Below are positions 61,910 to 64,000 of a stretch of DNA of 64,000 bases, piece after piece. Numbering within the stretch: the first letter of the stretch is position 1; each line of letters begins with the position of its first letter. A program made the position numbers and the translations under genes. This DNA is from Gekko japonicus (taxonomy: Eukaryota), in assembly GCF_001447785.1 (NCBI RefSeq), contig NW_015175362.1, positions 1,230,029 through 1,294,028 of the forward strand, read 5' to 3'. The notes beneath the pieces were generated by a model. It did no database searches. It was not told the origin of the DNA and saw only the letters and a list, made by a program, of their open reading frames with translations.

Positions 61910-64000
61910 TGGTGACTGCTGCATGGTGTTGCCATGAAGCCATGGATCCACGGTTTCTGTGGTGCAAGTTGTGCCCATGGACATGATTTGATGGTGAATA
62001 CATGGTGACCCAAAGCAAAAAACCCTCAGGATCCATGAGGATCTGTCCTTCAGAACTGGGTTTTGGCTTCATGGTGTTGCCACGAAGCTGTGGATCCATG
62101 TATTCTGTGGTGCAAGCTGTGCCCATGGACATGATATTGAGTTGATGGTATGTTCATGGTTGGTGACCCAACGCAACCCCCCCGAGGATCCATGATTCAG
62201 AAACATGTTTTTGCTGATGGTGTTGCCATAAAATCCTGGATCCATGACATCTGTTGTGTAAGCTGTGACCATGGACATGATATTGATTTGATGGTGTGTT
62301 CATGGTGACTCGACACAAAAACCCTGAGGATCCACGAGGATCCGTGCTCCAGAACCACGTTTTTGCAGAATGGTGTTGCCACGAAGCTCTGGATCCGTGA
62401 TTCTTGTGGTTTGAGCTGTTGGCATAGACATGTTATGTGATTAGATGGCGTGTTCGGGGAGCCCCATTGCAAAAACCTTGAGGATCCATGAGGATCCTTG
62501 CTTCAGAACCATGTTGTGGCTTCATGGTGTTGCCACGAAGCCGTGGATCTATGACTTTTCTGGTTCAAGCTGTGACCATGGACATGTTATGTGATTTGAT
62601 GTTGTGTTTGGGGTGACCCAAAACAAAAACCTCAAGCATCCATGAGGATCCGTGCTCCAGAACTATGTTTTTGCAGAATGGTGTTGCCACGAATCTGTGA
62701 ATTCATGATTTTTATGGTTCAAGCTGTTGCCATGGACATGATATGTGATTTCATGGTGCGTTTTGAGTGACCCAACGCAGAAACACTGAGAATCCATGAG
62801 GATCCATGCTTCAGAACCATGTTTTTGCAGCATGGTGTCACCACTAAGCCATGAAGACATTATTTCTGTGGTGCATTCTGTGGCCATGGACAAGATTTGT
62901 GATTTGATGGTGATGTTTTGGTGACCCAATGCAAAAATCATAAGGATACCTGAGGATCCGTGCTTCGGAACCATGTTTTTGTAGCATGATGTTGCCACGG
63001 ACCCGTGGCACTGTGATTTCTGTGGTGCAGTCTGTGGCCATGGGCCTGATATGGAATTTAATTGTATGTTTGGGGTGTTCCGATACAAAACCCCAACATC
63101 CATGAGGATCCGTGCTTCAGAATCATGTTTTTGCAGAATGCTGTCACCACGAAGCCGTGGATCTGTGATTTTTATTGTGCAAGCTGTGGACATGGATGTG
63201 TTATGTGATTTAATGGTGTGTTTGGGGTGACCCAGTTGAAAAACTCTGAGGGTCTGTGAGGATCCGTGCTCCAGAACCATGTTTGTGCAGTTTTGTGGTG
63301 CCATGAATTCGTGGGGGCATGATTTTTTAAGTGCTTCCTATAGTCAAAGACATGGTCTACACTATGATGTTGGTTTTATTTCATTCCAGCGTAGAAATCA
63401 TATGAATTCATGAGGATCCGTCCTATGGAATCATGTTTTTGTGCTGTTGTGGCGCCACGAATCTGTGGGAGGTGATTTTTGTGGTGCCCCCTATATAACA
63501 CATGGCCTACAATATGATGGTGGTTTTATTTCATTTCAATGTAAAAATTATATGAATTCATGAGGATCTATGTAGATCCAACTTTTACCCTTTTCCACCA
63601 CAGAATGCACCACAGAAGTCATATGTCCATAGCTCCGTGGCGACACCATTCTACAAAAACATGGTTCCAAAGCAGGATCCTCATGGATACTCAGGGTTTT
63701 TCAATTGGGTCACCCCAAACACACCATCAAATCACATAGCACATCCATGGCCACAGCTTGCACCAAAAAAATCATGGGTCCATGGCTTCGTGGTGAATCC
63801 ATTCTGCAAAAACATGATTCTGAAGCATGGATTCTCATGGATGTTTGGGTTTTTTGTGTTGGGACACTCCAAACATACCATTAAATCTCATATCACGTCC
63901 ATGGCCACAGCCTGCACCACAGAAATCACAATGCAACGGCTCTGTGGCAACACCATGCTGTAAAAACATGGTTCTGAAGCACGGATCCTCATGGATCCTT
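61910..64000. repeat. ~154-bp tandem (satellite-like) array with internal orientation switch
   Basis: atggtgttgcc-type anchors at ~61923, 62071, 62217, 62370, 62524, 62678, 62832, 62986 and 63138; reverse-complement monomers from ~63600 onward. Confidence 0.92.

Noticed and set aside
62663-63304. 213-aa repetitive ORF, and the array as a possible CRISPR or zinc-finger gene
   Set aside because: Frames of a tandem repeat with indels between monomers; no unique spacers and no C2H2 spacing.

Overview
This is vertebrate genomic DNA, not prokaryotic. It is very likely a gecko, judged from Squam3-type SINEs with (CTT)n tails plus BovB, CR1, L2, Penelope and DIRS repeats. Two convergent genes are present. 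The + strand carries the last two coding exons of SNAPC3 (137-244, 5480-5627). The - strand carries the complete PSIP1/LEDGF gene: a CpG-island promoter (~51.3-52.7 kb), a non-coding first exon, and 16 coding exons with GT-AG boundaries and consistent phases that sum to 1734 nt (577 aa: PWWP, NLS, two AT-hooks, integrase-binding domain), followed by a long repeat-containing 3' UTR. Most ORFs in the supplied track are spurious or transposon-derived. Best leads: (1) a candidate p52-like alternative terminal exon and other stop-containing exon candidates in PSIP1; (2) an extra KRRK-bearing exon after the PWWP domain; (3) substitutions next to the lentiviral integrase contact residue; (4) a 2.6-kb TSD-flanked hAT element with internal repeats and possible cargo; (5) a BovB-Penelope fusion with a hammerhead remnant; (6) a TSD-flanked L1 spanning the assembly gap; (7) a ~154-bp satellite array that inverts mid-array. 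I found no convincing evidence of a wholly new biological system. Comparisons with human or chicken sequences are from memory and need alignment.
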